In this document: positions 32,397-42,538 of the stretch, in pieces | Numbering within the stretch: position 1 is the first letter of the stretch | How the letters are laid out: every line of letters starts with the position of its first letter | Assembly: GCA_963848295.1 (NCBI GenBank) | Contig: CAWKDB010000010.1 | Span: 4,672,001 to 4,736,000, forward strand | From: an uncultured delta proteobacterium | Lineage (GTDB): Bacteria > Myxococcota_A > Polyangia > Haliangiales > Haliangiaceae | Reading direction: 5' to 3' | DNA length: 64,000 bases | Translations under genes and position numbers: made by a program | The notes under the pieces: model-generated | The model's database searches: none | Told to the model about the DNA's origin: nothing | What the model saw: only the letters and a program-made list of their open reading frames with translations

Positions 32397-34640
32397 CTAC
32401 GTCTCGGGCGGCGCGGCGGATGTAGGTTCGCGACGCAGCGCGAGCTTATAAAGCATCGTTAACGCGAGCGCGACAAACACGAGCGACGGCAGCTTGAGGT
32501 CGGCGTACTTGCCGCCGGCGAGCGCGAGCACCTTGTCGTCCTGCGTCGCCGCGACCGGGATCGCGAGCGCGATGCCGATCAGCGCCTCGCCGGTGATGAA
32601 CCCGGCGGCGGCGAGCAGGCCGTTGCGCTCGACGGAGGCGCGGCGGTCGGGCGATGCCTTCGTCTTGTCGAGCACGCGCGACACCAGCCACGCGACGACG
32701 CCGCCGAAGAAGATCGGCACGTTCAGCTCGAACGGCAGATAGGCGCCGACCGCGAACGCCATCACCGGAACGCGGAACTTCGAGCCGCGGTTGTCGAGCA
32801 AGACGTCGATCGCGATCACGACCACGGCGATCACCGCACCGATCCCGATGAACGTCCACGGCAGGCCGCCGGCGAACACGCCTTTCGCGACCGTCTCCAT
32901 GAGGTTCGCTTGCGGCGCCGCGAGCTTCTCGCTGCCGATCCCGTACGCGTTGTTGAGCAGATTCAGGATCGGCGCCATCGCGAACGCCGCGACCAGGACC
33001 CCGATGATCTGCATGACCTGTTGCTTCCACGGCGTCGAACCGACGAGCTGGCCGCACTTCAAGTCCTGCAGGTTGTCGCCGCCGATCGCGGCCGCGCAGC
33101 ACACGATGGCACCGATCAGGATCGCGGCGACCGGTCCGGCTTCACTGTCGACACCGAGCGCGAGCAACAGCAACGCGGACACGAGGATCGTCGAGATCGT
33201 GATGCCCGAGACCGGGTTGTTCGACGACCCGACGAGGCCCGCCATGTACGACGCGACCGCGGCGAACAAGAACCCGGCGACGAGCATGACGACCGCCATC
33301 ACCGCGGCGATCGGTGCGGTGATGTCGGGCAGGTGCCAGAAGATGAAGAACAGCGGCACGACCGAAAATCCGATCAACGCGAGGATGATGTTCATCGGCA
33401 TGTCGCGCTCCGTGCGCGGCACGGTGTTCGGACCACCGGCGCGCCCGCGCTTGTACGCGTCGAGTCCGGCCTTGATGCCGCCGACCAGGGACTTGCGCAG
33501 CTTGAACAGCGACCACATCCCGCCGACCAGCATGCCGCCGACGCCGAGGTAGCGGATGACGTACTTGTGGTAGACACCGGCCGCCGTGACCGGATCGATG
33601 TCGGGCAGCGGTTGGTCGAGCGCGAACAGCCGGTGATCGATCCAGTGGTGCGGGTCGACGAGCGCGAGGATGTGGTGGACCGAGCTCGAGTCCTTGAGCG
33701 CCTCGGCGAGCGTGCCATACAGCGCTGCGGCGTGAGGATACGTAAGCGCGGCATGGGCCATCTGCGCGTGCGCATCCGGGTCGATGATGATCGAGAACGG
33801 ATCGCCGAACGCGGCGAACAACGGCAGCGCGACCCAGCGATTGAGCGCGGCACCCGCGAAGATCACGACCGCCACGTTGAAGCCGACGATGTAGCCGACC
33901 GATAGTAGCGCGGGCGACGCGTTGAGCCCGAAGTAGGCCGGGACGCCCGCGGTGGGACCGCCGACCGTCGCGGTGCCGAGCGCGGCCTTGCCGGCGATGT
34001 ACGTACCGAACTCGACGACCTCGGCCCACAACGCCAAGCCCGCGGCGCCGACCTTGACGAGCGCACCGACCACCCCCGCGAGGACGAGCACCCCGACTCC
34101 GCCGCCGCCTTCGGCACCGACCTTGAGGACCTCGGCGGTCGCGACGCCCTCGGGGAACTGCAGCGGCTGATCGATGATCAACGCGCGGCGCAGCGGGATC
34201 GTGAACAACACGCCGAGCAAGCCGCCGAAGCCGGCGATCAGCGTGGTCTCGAGATACGGAAACGCGCTGCCGGTGAGCGCGCCATCGGCGCCGTGATGGC
34301 GCGACCACGTGCCGAGGATGACGAGCGCCGGCAGCGTGAAGATCACGCCCGCGGCGAGGCCTTCGCCGGACGCGGCGGCGGTCTGGACGCCGTTGTTCTG
34401 TAAAATATTGCCGGTGCGCAGCGCGCGCATGATCGCCATCGACAACACCGCGGCGGGCACCGAGGCCGAGACCGTCATGCCGGCGAACATGCCGAGGTAC
34501 GCGTTCGCGCCGGCGAGGATCACCGACAGCAGCGAGCCGAGCACGACCACGCCGACCGTGAGCTCGGGCAGGACCTTGCTCGCCGGGATGTATGGCACGA
34601 CGGTCTTCGGGCCGGTGCTCGGCGGATCCGCGGCTGACAT
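32397..34640 (-). CDS. OPT-family oligopeptide transporter
   Basis: PELT, ANAYLG...GMTVSASVP, NNGVQTAAASG, FPEGVATAEVL, GSSNNPVSG, DNLQDLKCG, APQANLM. Confidence 0.95.
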   Translation of the reverse strand: MSAADPPSTGPKTVVPYIPASKVLPELTVGVVVLGSLLSVILAGANAYLGMFAGMTVSASVPAAVLSMAIMRALRTGNILQNNGVQTAAASGEGLAAGVIFTLPALVILGTWSRHHGADGALTGSAFPYLETTLIAGFGGLLGVLFTIPLRRALIIDQPLQFPEGVATAEVLKVGAEGGGGVGVLVLAGVVGALVKVGAAGLALWAEVVEFGTYIAGKAALGTATVGGPTAGVPAYFGLNASPALLSVGYIVGFNVAVVIFAGAALNRWVALPLFAAFGDPFSIIIDPDAHAQMAHAALTYPHAAALYGTLAEALKDSSSVHHILALVDPHHWIDHRLFALDQPLPDIDPVTAAGVYHKYVIRYLGVGGMLVGGMWSLFKLRKSLVGGIKAGLDAYKRGRAGGPNTVPRTERDMPMNIILALIGFSVVPLFFIFWHLPDITAPIAAVMAVVMLVAGFLFAAVASYMAGLVGSSNNPVSGITISTILVSALLLLALGVDSEAGPVAAILIGAIVCCAAAIGGDNLQDLKCGQLVGSTPWKQQVMQIIGVLVAAFAMAPILNLLNNAYGIGSEKLAAPQANLMETVAKGVFAGGLPWTFIGIGAVIAVVVIAIDVLLDNRGSKFRVPVMAFAVGAYLPFELNVPIFFGGVVAWLVSRVLDKTKASPDRRASVERNGLLAAAGFITGEALIGIALAIPVAATQDDKVLALAGGKYADLKLPSLVFVALALTMLYKLALRREPTSAAPPET

Positions 34641-34692
34641 CACTTGGACTGTCGGTCGAGTCGCGCGCTTGGGTCAACCGAGTACGTAGCCG

Positions 34693-34925
34693 ATCGATCC
34701 AACCGCACTGCCATCCGGCAGTGCTGATGGCCGGGCGCATGTCCCGGCCATCGATCCAACCGCACTGCCATCCGGCAGTGCTGATGGCCGGGCGCAGGTC
34801 CCGGCCATCGATCCAACCGCACTGCCATCCGGCAGTGCTGATGGCCGGGCGCAGGTCCCGGCCATCGATCCAACCGCACTGCCATCCGGCAGTGCTGATG
34901 GCCGGGCGCAGGTCCCGGCCATCGA
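34693..34925. repeat. Tandem array of 4 x 57-bp units, each with two perfect hairpins (REP/BIME-like)
   Basis: Units start at 34693, 34750, 34807, 34864. Stems GCACTGCC-ATCC-GGCAGTGC and GATGGCCGGG-CGCAGGT-CCCGGCCATC; one loop substitution in unit 1. Confidence 0.97.
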
Positions 34926-35020
34926 GCAAACGGCACGGGCACTTGGCTTGATCCGAAACCTCGCTCAGGGGAACGTGCACGGTAAGTCGTTTGGGGCCGC
35001 GGTGCGTTGATATCCGCGCA

Positions 35021-38000
35021 ATGAAAGGACGTCTCGTGAACCACTCGCCGGTCTTCCGCGGCATCGCGGCCACTACGCTCTTCGCTTTTGTCGCTACGTC
35101 GTGCGGTGGCAAGGCGGGTAATACGCACGTCACCCTCGGTAGCGCATCGCCGATCGCCGACGCGGTGTTGGCGCAGGCGAAGGACATCCCCGACGGGCTC
35201 GACCTGCGCGTCTCGAACGGTCACGAGGGGCCGCCCGCCTTCGATCACACCAAGCTCGCGCCCGCGACGAAGCTGTCCGACGCCGACGCGAACAAGCTGC
35301 TCGATCGCGCGCCGGCGCTCAAGACCGACCCGGACGACCAGCAAGCGTTCGCGCTGCGGCCGAATTCGCAGCCGCCGCCGCGCACCGGCCAGACGCTCAA
35401 GGGCCAGTTCCCACCACCGCCGTCGTCGCTGCTTCCGCCGATCGCGAACGACGCGGGGAAAGCGCTGCGCGTGTTGCGCTACATGCCGGAAGGCGAGGTG
35501 CCGCTCGCCCCCGAGCTGAGCGTCACGTTCAGCCAACCGATGGTCGCGGTGACGTCGCAGACCGATGCCGCCGCGGTGACCCCGGTCAAGCTCACGCCGA
35601 CGCCGAAGGGCCGGTGGCGGTGGATCGGCACTCGCACGATCTTGTTCGACCCCGACGTTCGGTTTCCGCAAGCGCAGACGTACCAGGTCGAAGTTCCCGC
35701 CGGGACGAAGTCCGCGGACGGCGGCGTGCTCAAGGACGGCGTGAAGTTCACGTTCGAGACCCCGGCGCCGAAGCTGGTGTGGAGCTCGCCGAACGGTGAC
35801 GAGCCGCAGAAGACCGACGTGCCGATGTTCGTGATGTTCGATCAGAGGATCGATCAGGCGCAGGTCCTCGCGCACATCAAGCTGACCGCGAACAGCAAGT
35901 CGGCGGAGCTCCGGCTGCTCGACGCCGCCGAGATCGCGAAGGACAAGCAGCTCGCAGCGGTCGTCGAGCAGGCGAAGAAGGACGAGCAGGACGGCCGCTG
36001 GGTCGCGTTTCGCACGACCTCGCCGTTGCCGACCGACGCGCACATCGACGTCACGATCGCCAAGGGCACGCCGTCGGCGGAGGGCCCGAACACGACGAAG
36101 GCCGACCAGCAGTTCGCGTTCCGCACGTATCCGCCGCTCAAGCTCGTCAAGGCCGAGTGCGGCTGGGGTAGCGAGTGCCGGCCCGGCATGCCGCTCGTGT
36201 TCGAGATGAACAACCCGCTCGATGTCGACGCGTTCGACGACTCGGAGGTCCGGATCTCGCCTGACATTCCGGACGTCAAGATCGTCACGCAGGGTCAGAA
36301 CATCCTCGTCCAGGGCATGACCTCGGCGCGCACGAAGTACACGGTGACCGTGGCGAGCTCGCTGCGCGACGACTTCGGCCAGACGCTCGGCAAGGACGAG
36401 ACCCACGACTTCGAGGTCGGCGATGCGACGCCGACGTTTTTCGGGCCGTCGGGCATGGTCGTGCTCGATCCCGGCGCGACCAAGCCGACGCTCGACTTCT
36501 TCACGATCAACTACAGCCAGCTCAAGGTGAAGCTGTATCGCGTCGAGCCAGGCGACCTCGATGCGTTCGGCAACTACATGCGGAACCTGTGGAACCACGA
36601 CCACAAGCCGGCGATGCCGGGCACGAAGGTGTTCGACCAGCTGGTCTCGACCGGCAAGGACAAGAACGAGCTGGTCCAGACCTCGATCGATCTCGCCCCC
36701 GCGCTCGGCAAGTCGGGGCTCGGTCACGCGATCGCGATCGTCGAGCCGTACCCGTGGACCGAAACGTACGACCCGCCGCGGATGATCGCGTGGGTCCAGT
36801 CGACCAAGCTCGCGGTCGACGCGCACGTCGATGGCGAACAGTTGCTCGCGTTCGCGACGAACCTCGACACGGGCAAGGCCGCCCCGGGCGTCCAGCTCGA
36901 GATCCGGCCGTTCGGCACGAAGGCGACGACCGACGACAAGGGGCTCGCGACGCTGCCGCTGTCGGCCGCGGGCGTCAAAGGCGACCACTATCTCGTCGCC
37001 CGCCGCGGCGACGACGTCGCGTTCGTCACCGACGACTCCGGCTACTACAACGAGACGGGCAACTGGTTCAAGCAGAGCCGCGGCAAGACCCTGTCGAGCT
37101 ACGTCGTCGACGATCGCGGACTGTACAAGCCGGGCGAGGAGGTCAGCCTCAAGGGCTGGCTGCGGCTGATCGACTACGGCAAGAACGGCGATGTCGGCCC
37201 GCTCGCCGGCGAGGTCACCGGCGTCGACTACGTCGTCATGGATTCGCAGAACAACCAGATCGGCAAGGGCAGCGCCGCGGTCAACCCGGCCGGTGGCTTC
37301 GACACGAAGTTCACGTTGCCGAAGACGCCGAACCTCGGCTACGCGCGCGTCGACTTCACGACCCGCGGCAGGCGCGTCGAGCACTTCCAGCACGGCTTCC
37401 AGGTCGAGGAGTTCCGCACGCCGGAGTTCGAAGCGAGCGCGAAGCCGACGCCGGGCCCGTTCATGGTCGGCGGCACCGGCGACGTCACGGTCGACGCGAA
37501 GTACTTCGCGGGTGGGCCGCTCGCCGGCGCCGACGTCAACTGGAACGTCACCGCGAGCCAGACGACGTTCACGCCGCCGAACCGCGACGACTACGTGTTC
37601 GGCATGTGGCAACCGTGGTGGAGTTATCGCTCGTTCGACGACGACGACTCCGGCATGCGCGGCTACAAACCGCCGCGTACGTGGTCGCTGCACTCGAAGA
37701 CCGACGCGACGGGCTCGCACACGTTGCACTTCGACTTCTTGTCGGCCAAGCCGTCGGTGCCGATGGCGGTGACCGCGTACGCGACCGTGACCGATGTCAA
37801 TCGCCAGCAGATCGCGGCGTCGGCGAGCCTGATCGTGCACCCGTCGTCGCTCTACGTCGGGCTCAAGACCAAGCGGATGTTCGTCGACAAGGGCACGCCG
37901 TTTGCGCTCGACGTGATCGGCGTCGACCTCGACGGCAAGGCGGTGCCCGGCGCGAAGATCGAGGTCAAGGCGGTGCGGATGGACTGGGAGTACAAGCACG

Positions 38001-41000
38001 GCCGCTACGTCACGAAGGAAGTCGATCCGCAGACGTGCGAGGTCACCGCCGCCGACAATCCGACGCCATGCACGTTCGCGACCGCGAAGGGCGGCACGTA
38101 TCAGGTCAAGGCGACGATCATCGACTCGAAGGGTCGCGCGAACCAGTCGTCACTCGAGTTCTGGGTCACCGGCGGTGATACCCCGCCCGCGCGCGAGGTC
38201 TCGCAGGAGGTCGTGCAGCTGATCCCGAGCGCGAAGACGTTCGCGGCCGGTGACACCGCCGAGTTGCTCGTCCAAGCGCCGTTCTATCCGGCCGAAGGTG
38301 TCGTGACCTGGCGGCGCAGCGGCATCGTCAAGGTCGAGCGGATCACGCTCGACGGGCCGACGACGACGCTCGAGGTGCCGATCGTCGACGCGATGGTGCC
38401 GAACCTGAGCGTCCAGGTCGATCTCGTCGGCATGGCGGCGCGCACCGACGATAAGGGCGCACCCGATGCCAAGCTGCCGAAGCGCCCGGCGTACGCGGTG
38501 GGCACGATCGATCTCGCGATTCCGCCGAAACAACGCACGCTCGGCGTCGTGGTCGTGCCCGCGGCGGCGAAGGTGGCGCCCGGCGAGCAGACCAAGCTCG
38601 CGATCGACGTGACCGATGCGAACGGCAGGCCGGTCGCGAACGCCGAGACCGCGGTGATCGTCGTCGACGAGGCGGTGCTGTCGCTCACCGGTTATCGGTT
38701 CGGCTCCCCGATCGACACGTTCTACGGAGAACGCGGCGCCGATACGCGTGACTTCTACGAGCGCGCGTACGTCAAGCTCGCCGACCCCGAGGCCACGAGG
38801 CGCGGCGGCCAGGCGACCGGCGGCCCACGCCGGCGGATGTTCCGCGCCGGCTTCGGCGGCCCCGGCGGCGGTGACCGCGATGGCGATGGCATGTTCGATG
38901 CGCCGGAGGAGGCACGCGCTGTAGGCGGAGCGCCGCCGCCGCCTTCACCTGCCGCCGCGCCGATGGCCGAAGCCATGCCGACGACCATCGCCGCGAATAA
39001 CAAGCTGGCGGGTCCGAGCCCCCAGCAGCCGAACACGCCGATCGCGATTCGCACGAACTTCAACCCGCTCGCCGCGTTCTCGCCCACGGTGATGACCGAC
39101 GCGAACGGCAAGGCGACGGTCGCGATCAAGATGCCGGACAACCTGACGCGCTATCGCATCGTCGCGATCGCCGCCGCTGGCGATCGCCAGTTCGGCAAGG
39201 GCGAGAGCGCGATCACGGCGCGGTTGCCGTTGATGGTGCGGCCGAGCCCGCCGCGGTTCCTCAATTTCGGCGACACGTTCCGGTTGCCGGTCGTGATCCA
39301 GAACCAGACCGACAACGCGATGACCGTCAGGCTCGCGGTGCGGGCGTCGAACGCGTCGATCACCGATGGCGCCGGTCGCGAGGTGCAAGTGCCCGCGAAC
39401 GATCGCGTCGAGGTCCAGTTCCCGGCCGCGGCGCAGCTCGCGGGTACCGCGCGGTTTCAGATCGTCGGCTCGACCGGTTCGTACTCCGATGCCGCCGAGC
39501 TCGCCCTGCCGGTCTGGACGCCTGCGACGACCGAGGCGTTCGCGACCTACGGCGTGATCGACAACGGGGCGATCAGACAACCGGTCGCGTTGCCCGGACA
39601 AGTGGTGACCCAGTTCGGCGGCATCGATGTCACGACCGCGTCGACCAACCTCCAGGCGCTGACCGACGCGTTGCTGTACCTCGTCCACTATCCGTTCGAG
39701 TGCGCGGAGCAGCGGTCGTCGCGGATCATGTCGATCGCGGCGCTCAAGGACGTCCTGACCGCGTTCAAGACCAAGGACATGCCGTCGCAAGCGGCGATGG
39801 AGCGCAGCGTCGCGACCGACATCGAGCATCTGACCCAGATGCAAAACAGCGACGGTGGCTTCGCGTTCTGGGATCGCGGTTATCCGAGCGAGCCGTATCT
39901 GTCGGTCTACGTCGTCAACGCGCTCGCGCATGCGAAGGCGAAGGGCTTCGCGGTGCCGGCCTCGCTGTTCGCGAATGCCAAGCCGTATCTCCAGAACATC
40001 GAGCAGCACTACCCGTGGTTCTATTCGAAGGAGGTGCGCTGGGCGATCAGCGCGTACGCGCTGTACACGCGCAAGCTGACCGGCGACCTCGACATCGGCA
40101 AGGGCCAGAAGCTGCTGCGCGAGGCAGGCGGCGTCGACAAGGTCACGATGGAGACCGACGGCTGGCTGCTCGACCTGTTCACCGGCAACGCGGCCGCGGC
40201 CGACGAGCGCAAGGCAATCGTCCGCTACGCACTCAACCATGTCAGCGAGACCGCGGGCGCGGCGAACTTCACGACGAGCTACGGCGACGGCAATTATTTG
40301 ATCCTGTCGAGCGACCGGAGGGTCGACGGCGTGATGCTGGAGGCGCTGATCCAGGAGCAGAAGGACTCGGATCTGATCCCGAAGCTCGTCACCGGGTTAC
40401 TCGCCCATCGCACGGCGGGTCGCTGGCTGAACACGCAGGAGAACACGTTCGCGTTGCTCGCGCTCGACCTGTACTTCCACACCTACGAGAAGACCACGCC
40501 GGACTTTGTCGCGCGGATGTGGCTCGGCAACGACTACGCCGGCGATCACGCGTTCAAGGGCCGGTCGACCGATTACTACAACGTCGCGATCCCGATGAAG
40601 GACGTCGCGACCCACGACAAGCAAGACCTGACGATCCAGAAGGACGGCAAGGGTCGGCTGTACTATCGGATCGGCATGACCTATGCGCCGGCGAGCCTCA
40701 AGCTCGCCGCGGCGGACTACGGCTTCGTCGTCGAGCGCCGCTACGAGGCGGTCGACGATCCGAAGGACGTCACGCGCGCGGCCGACGGCACGTGGCACGT
40801 CAAGGCCGGCGCGCGCGTGCGGGTGCAGATCGACATGGTCAACGAGAACCGGCGCTATCACGTCGCGCTCGTCGATCCGCTGCCGGCGGGGTTCGAGACG
40901 ATGAACCCGGCGCTCGCGACGACCGGGCCGATTCCGCAGGATCCGAAGCAGCAGAAGGAGCGCGGCGCGTACTGGTGGTGGTACGGCCCTTGGTACGAGC

Positions 41001-41188
41001 ACCAGAACATGCGCGACGAGCGGGTCGAAGCGTTTGCCTCGCTGCTATGGGAAGGCGTCCACAAGTACGATTACGTCGCGCGCGCGACGACGCCGGGCAA
41101 CTTCGTCGTGCCGCCGCCCAAGGCCGAGGAGATGTACATGCCCGAGACGTTCGGCCGCGGCGCGAGCGATCGGGTGATCGTCGAGTGA
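35021..41188 (+). CDS. Bacterial alpha-2-macroglobulin family lipoprotein (2055 aa)
   Basis: ATSC lipobox, DRGLYKPGE, IRTNF, MPDNLTRYR, thioester YPFECAEQ, QNSDGGF, WLNTQEN, AEEMYMPE. Confidence 0.95.
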   Translation: MKGRLVNHSPVFRGIAATTLFAFVATSCGGKAGNTHVTLGSASPIADAVLAQAKDIPDGLDLRVSNGHEGPPAFDHTKLAPATKLSDADANKLLDRAPALKTDPDDQQAFALRPNSQPPPRTGQTLKGQFPPPPSSLLPPIANDAGKALRVLRYMPEGEVPLAPELSVTFSQPMVAVTSQTDAAAVTPVKLTPTPKGRWRWIGTRTILFDPDVRFPQAQTYQVEVPAGTKSADGGVLKDGVKFTFETPAPKLVWSSPNGDEPQKTDVPMFVMFDQRIDQAQVLAHIKLTANSKSAELRLLDAAEIAKDKQLAAVVEQAKKDEQDGRWVAFRTTSPLPTDAHIDVTIAKGTPSAEGPNTTKADQQFAFRTYPPLKLVKAECGWGSECRPGMPLVFEMNNPLDVDAFDDSEVRISPDIPDVKIVTQGQNILVQGMTSARTKYTVTVASSLRDDFGQTLGKDETHDFEVGDATPTFFGPSGMVVLDPGATKPTLDFFTINYSQLKVKLYRVEPGDLDAFGNYMRNLWNHDHKPAMPGTKVFDQLVSTGKDKNELVQTSIDLAPALGKSGLGHAIAIVEPYPWTETYDPPRMIAWVQSTKLAVDAHVDGEQLLAFATNLDTGKAAPGVQLEIRPFGTKATTDDKGLATLPLSAAGVKGDHYLVARRGDDVAFVTDDSGYYNETGNWFKQSRGKTLSSYVVDDRGLYKPGEEVSLKGWLRLIDYGKNGDVGPLAGEVTGVDYVVMDSQNNQIGKGSAAVNPAGGFDTKFTLPKTPNLGYARVDFTTRGRRVEHFQHGFQVEEFRTPEFEASAKPTPGPFMVGGTGDVTVDAKYFAGGPLAGADVNWNVTASQTTFTPPNRDDYVFGMWQPWWSYRSFDDDDSGMRGYKPPRTWSLHSKTDATGSHTLHFDFLSAKPSVPMAVTAYATVTDVNRQQIAASASLIVHPSSLYVGLKTKRMFVDKGTPFALDVIGVDLDGKAVPGAKIEVKAVRMDWEYKHGRYVTKEVDPQTCEVTAADNPTPCTFATAKGGTYQVKATIIDSKGRANQSSLEFWVTGGDTPPAREVSQEVVQLIPSAKTFAAGDTAELLVQAPFYPAEGVVTWRRSGIVKVERITLDGPTTTLEVPIVDAMVPNLSVQVDLVGMAARTDDKGAPDAKLPKRPAYAVGTIDLAIPPKQRTLGVVVVPAAAKVAPGEQTKLAIDVTDANGRPVANAETAVIVVDEAVLSLTGYRFGSPIDTFYGERGADTRDFYERAYVKLADPEATRRGGQATGGPRRRMFRAGFGGPGGGDRDGDGMFDAPEEARAVGGAPPPPSPAAAPMAEAMPTTIAANNKLAGPSPQQPNTPIAIRTNFNPLAAFSPTVMTDANGKATVAIKMPDNLTRYRIVAIAAAGDRQFGKGESAITARLPLMVRPSPPRFLNFGDTFRLPVVIQNQTDNAMTVRLAVRASNASITDGAGREVQVPANDRVEVQFPAAAQLAGTARFQIVGSTGSYSDAAELALPVWTPATTEAFATYGVIDNGAIRQPVALPGQVVTQFGGIDVTTASTNLQALTDALLYLVHYPFECAEQRSSRIMSIAALKDVLTAFKTKDMPSQAAMERSVATDIEHLTQMQNSDGGFAFWDRGYPSEPYLSVYVVNALAHAKAKGFAVPASLFANAKPYLQNIEQHYPWFYSKEVRWAISAYALYTRKLTGDLDIGKGQKLLREAGGVDKVTMETDGWLLDLFTGNAAAADERKAIVRYALNHVSETAGAANFTTSYGDGNYLILSSDRRVDGVMLEALIQEQKDSDLIPKLVTGLLAHRTAGRWLNTQENTFALLALDLYFHTYEKTTPDFVARMWLGNDYAGDHAFKGRSTDYYNVAIPMKDVATHDKQDLTIQKDGKGRLYYRIGMTYAPASLKLAAADYGFVVERRYEAVDDPKDVTRAADGTWHVKAGARVRVQIDMVNENRRYHVALVDPLPAGFETMNPALATTGPIPQDPKQQKERGAYWWWYGPWYEHQNMRDERVEAFASLLWEGVHKYDYVARATTPGNFVVPPPKAEEMYMPETFGRGASDRVIVE

Positions 41189-41215
41189 ACCGGGCTAGCT
41201 CGCCGTCGAGTAGCT

Positions 41216-41944
41216 CTACGGGCAGGTGTTGAGGCTCTCGAACCCGACGACGGCCGGGCTCGGATCGGACGTGAACGTGCCGGCGTAGAGCTGGACCTGC
41301 ACGCCGGTCGGCGCCGGCGTGGGATCCATCGCGAACTGATGCCACGTCTGACCATCCGCGGAGTACTCCGCGACGATCGCCGTGCGGTCGGCGCTCGGGC
41401 GCATCCGTGCCCAGGCGGAGGTGGCCGAGTCGTAGCCGACGGTGCCGAACGTCTCGGTCGCCATCTCGGTCACCTGATCCTTGCGGTCGAGCTCGAGCGT
41501 CGGCGTCGGCAGCGAGCCCCAGCGCAGCATGTCGGCGAGCTCGTTGTCGCTCCAGATCGCCTGGAGGGTGATGTACTCGTCCTCGTCGCCGATCTGACCG
41601 AGCTGGATGAACAGCCCGACGTCGGGGTCGAATGGCATCGGGTCCGCCGGATCGGTCAAACAGCCGCCGCGGGTGGTCTCGATGTTGGCGTCGGAAGTGA
41701 CGAGCAGCTCGCCGTTCGCGATCGCGAGCGTCGTCATCGCGGTGTCCGCCGTGCCCCATGCGCCGCACGGAGGCCCGACGTCGAAGCTATCGTGGACGGT
41801 CGCAGGCATCGCGCAACCGACCGTGGTGGGGGCCGCATCGAGCATCGCGTCGGGCGTGGAGCCGGAGTCGAAGCCGAAGTCGAACCGCCCGCACGACGCG
41901 AGGCCGCATAGCAGAGTCAACCGCGCGCGACGCAACGCCGCCAC
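41216..41944 (-). CDS. Hypothetical lipoprotein, beta-sandwich-like
   Basis: LASCGRFDF lipobox followed by a DSG/DA linker. Confidence 0.7.
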   Translation of the reverse strand: MAALRRARLTLLCGLASCGRFDFGFDSGSTPDAMLDAAPTTVGCAMPATVHDSFDVGPPCGAWGTADTAMTTLAIANGELLVTSDANIETTRGGCLTDPADPMPFDPDVGLFIQLGQIGDEDEYITLQAIWSDNELADMLRWGSLPTPTLELDRKDQVTEMATETFGTVGYDSATSAWARMRPSADRTAIVAEYSADGQTWHQFAMDPTPAPTGVQVQLYAGTFTSDPSPAVVGFESLNTCP

Positions 41945-42022
41945 GGTAACACGAGGTCATACTCGGTCGCGCACCGCAGCGACGAACGCGACGGCCCGAT
42001 CTATTCGGTGTAGGGTCGCCCC

Positions 42023-42538
42023 GTGGTGGTGTTCATCGACGGCAACGACCTGCGGGCGGCGGAGGTGCGCCAGATCGCGCCCGCGCTCGCGTTCGTCGTC
42101 GAGTCGCTGCAGACCGGGTTCGCGACCGCGACCGCCGAGCCCGAAGCCAAGGCGCGCGACAAGGTGCTCGCTCACGCGGTGGCGGCGGGCTGCTTCGCCG
42201 AGGCGGTCGACATGACGACGATGGACGGCAAGAGCTTGCGGTTGGAGCTCGACAGCGAGAACGAGAACCGGTTCTGCAAATGGTGGCGCGAGACGCCGGC
42301 GCGGATCGAGCTGCGCATCGCGATGCGGCGCGCGAGCGGTGACACCATCGAGATCGTCTCGGCGTCGTGCGAAGGCCGGATCGCCGACAAGCCGGCCGGC
42401 CCGCACGTGCTCGGTTGGGATCGCCTGTTCGTGCCCGCGGGCGAGACCCGCACGCTCGCGGAGCTGACGGCCGCGGGTGAGGTCGTCGCGTTTCGACGCG
42501 AAGCCTACGATCGCGTCGCGCGCGCGCTCACCGGCTGA
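42023..42538 (+). CDS. Hypothetical protein (171 aa)
   Basis: Gene-like codons; TAGGGT 6 nt before the GTG. Confidence 0.7.
   Translation: MVVFIDGNDLRAAEVRQIAPALAFVVESLQTGFATATAEPEAKARDKVLAHAVAAGCFAEAVDMTTMDGKSLRLELDSENENRFCKWWRETPARIELRIAMRRASGDTIEIVSASCEGRIADKPAGPHVLGWDRLFVPAGETRTLAELTAAGEVVAFRREAYDRVARALTG

Noticed and set aside
34693..34925. CRISPR array
   Set aside because: Units are identical end to end with no unique spacers, and no cas genes are nearby.
34640..37999. 1119-aa antisense ORF and similar long shadow ORFs (e.g. 24781-26928, 33142-35187, 46206-48371)
   Set aside because: They overlap well-supported genes, have no motifs, and are expected from stop-codon scarcity at high GC.
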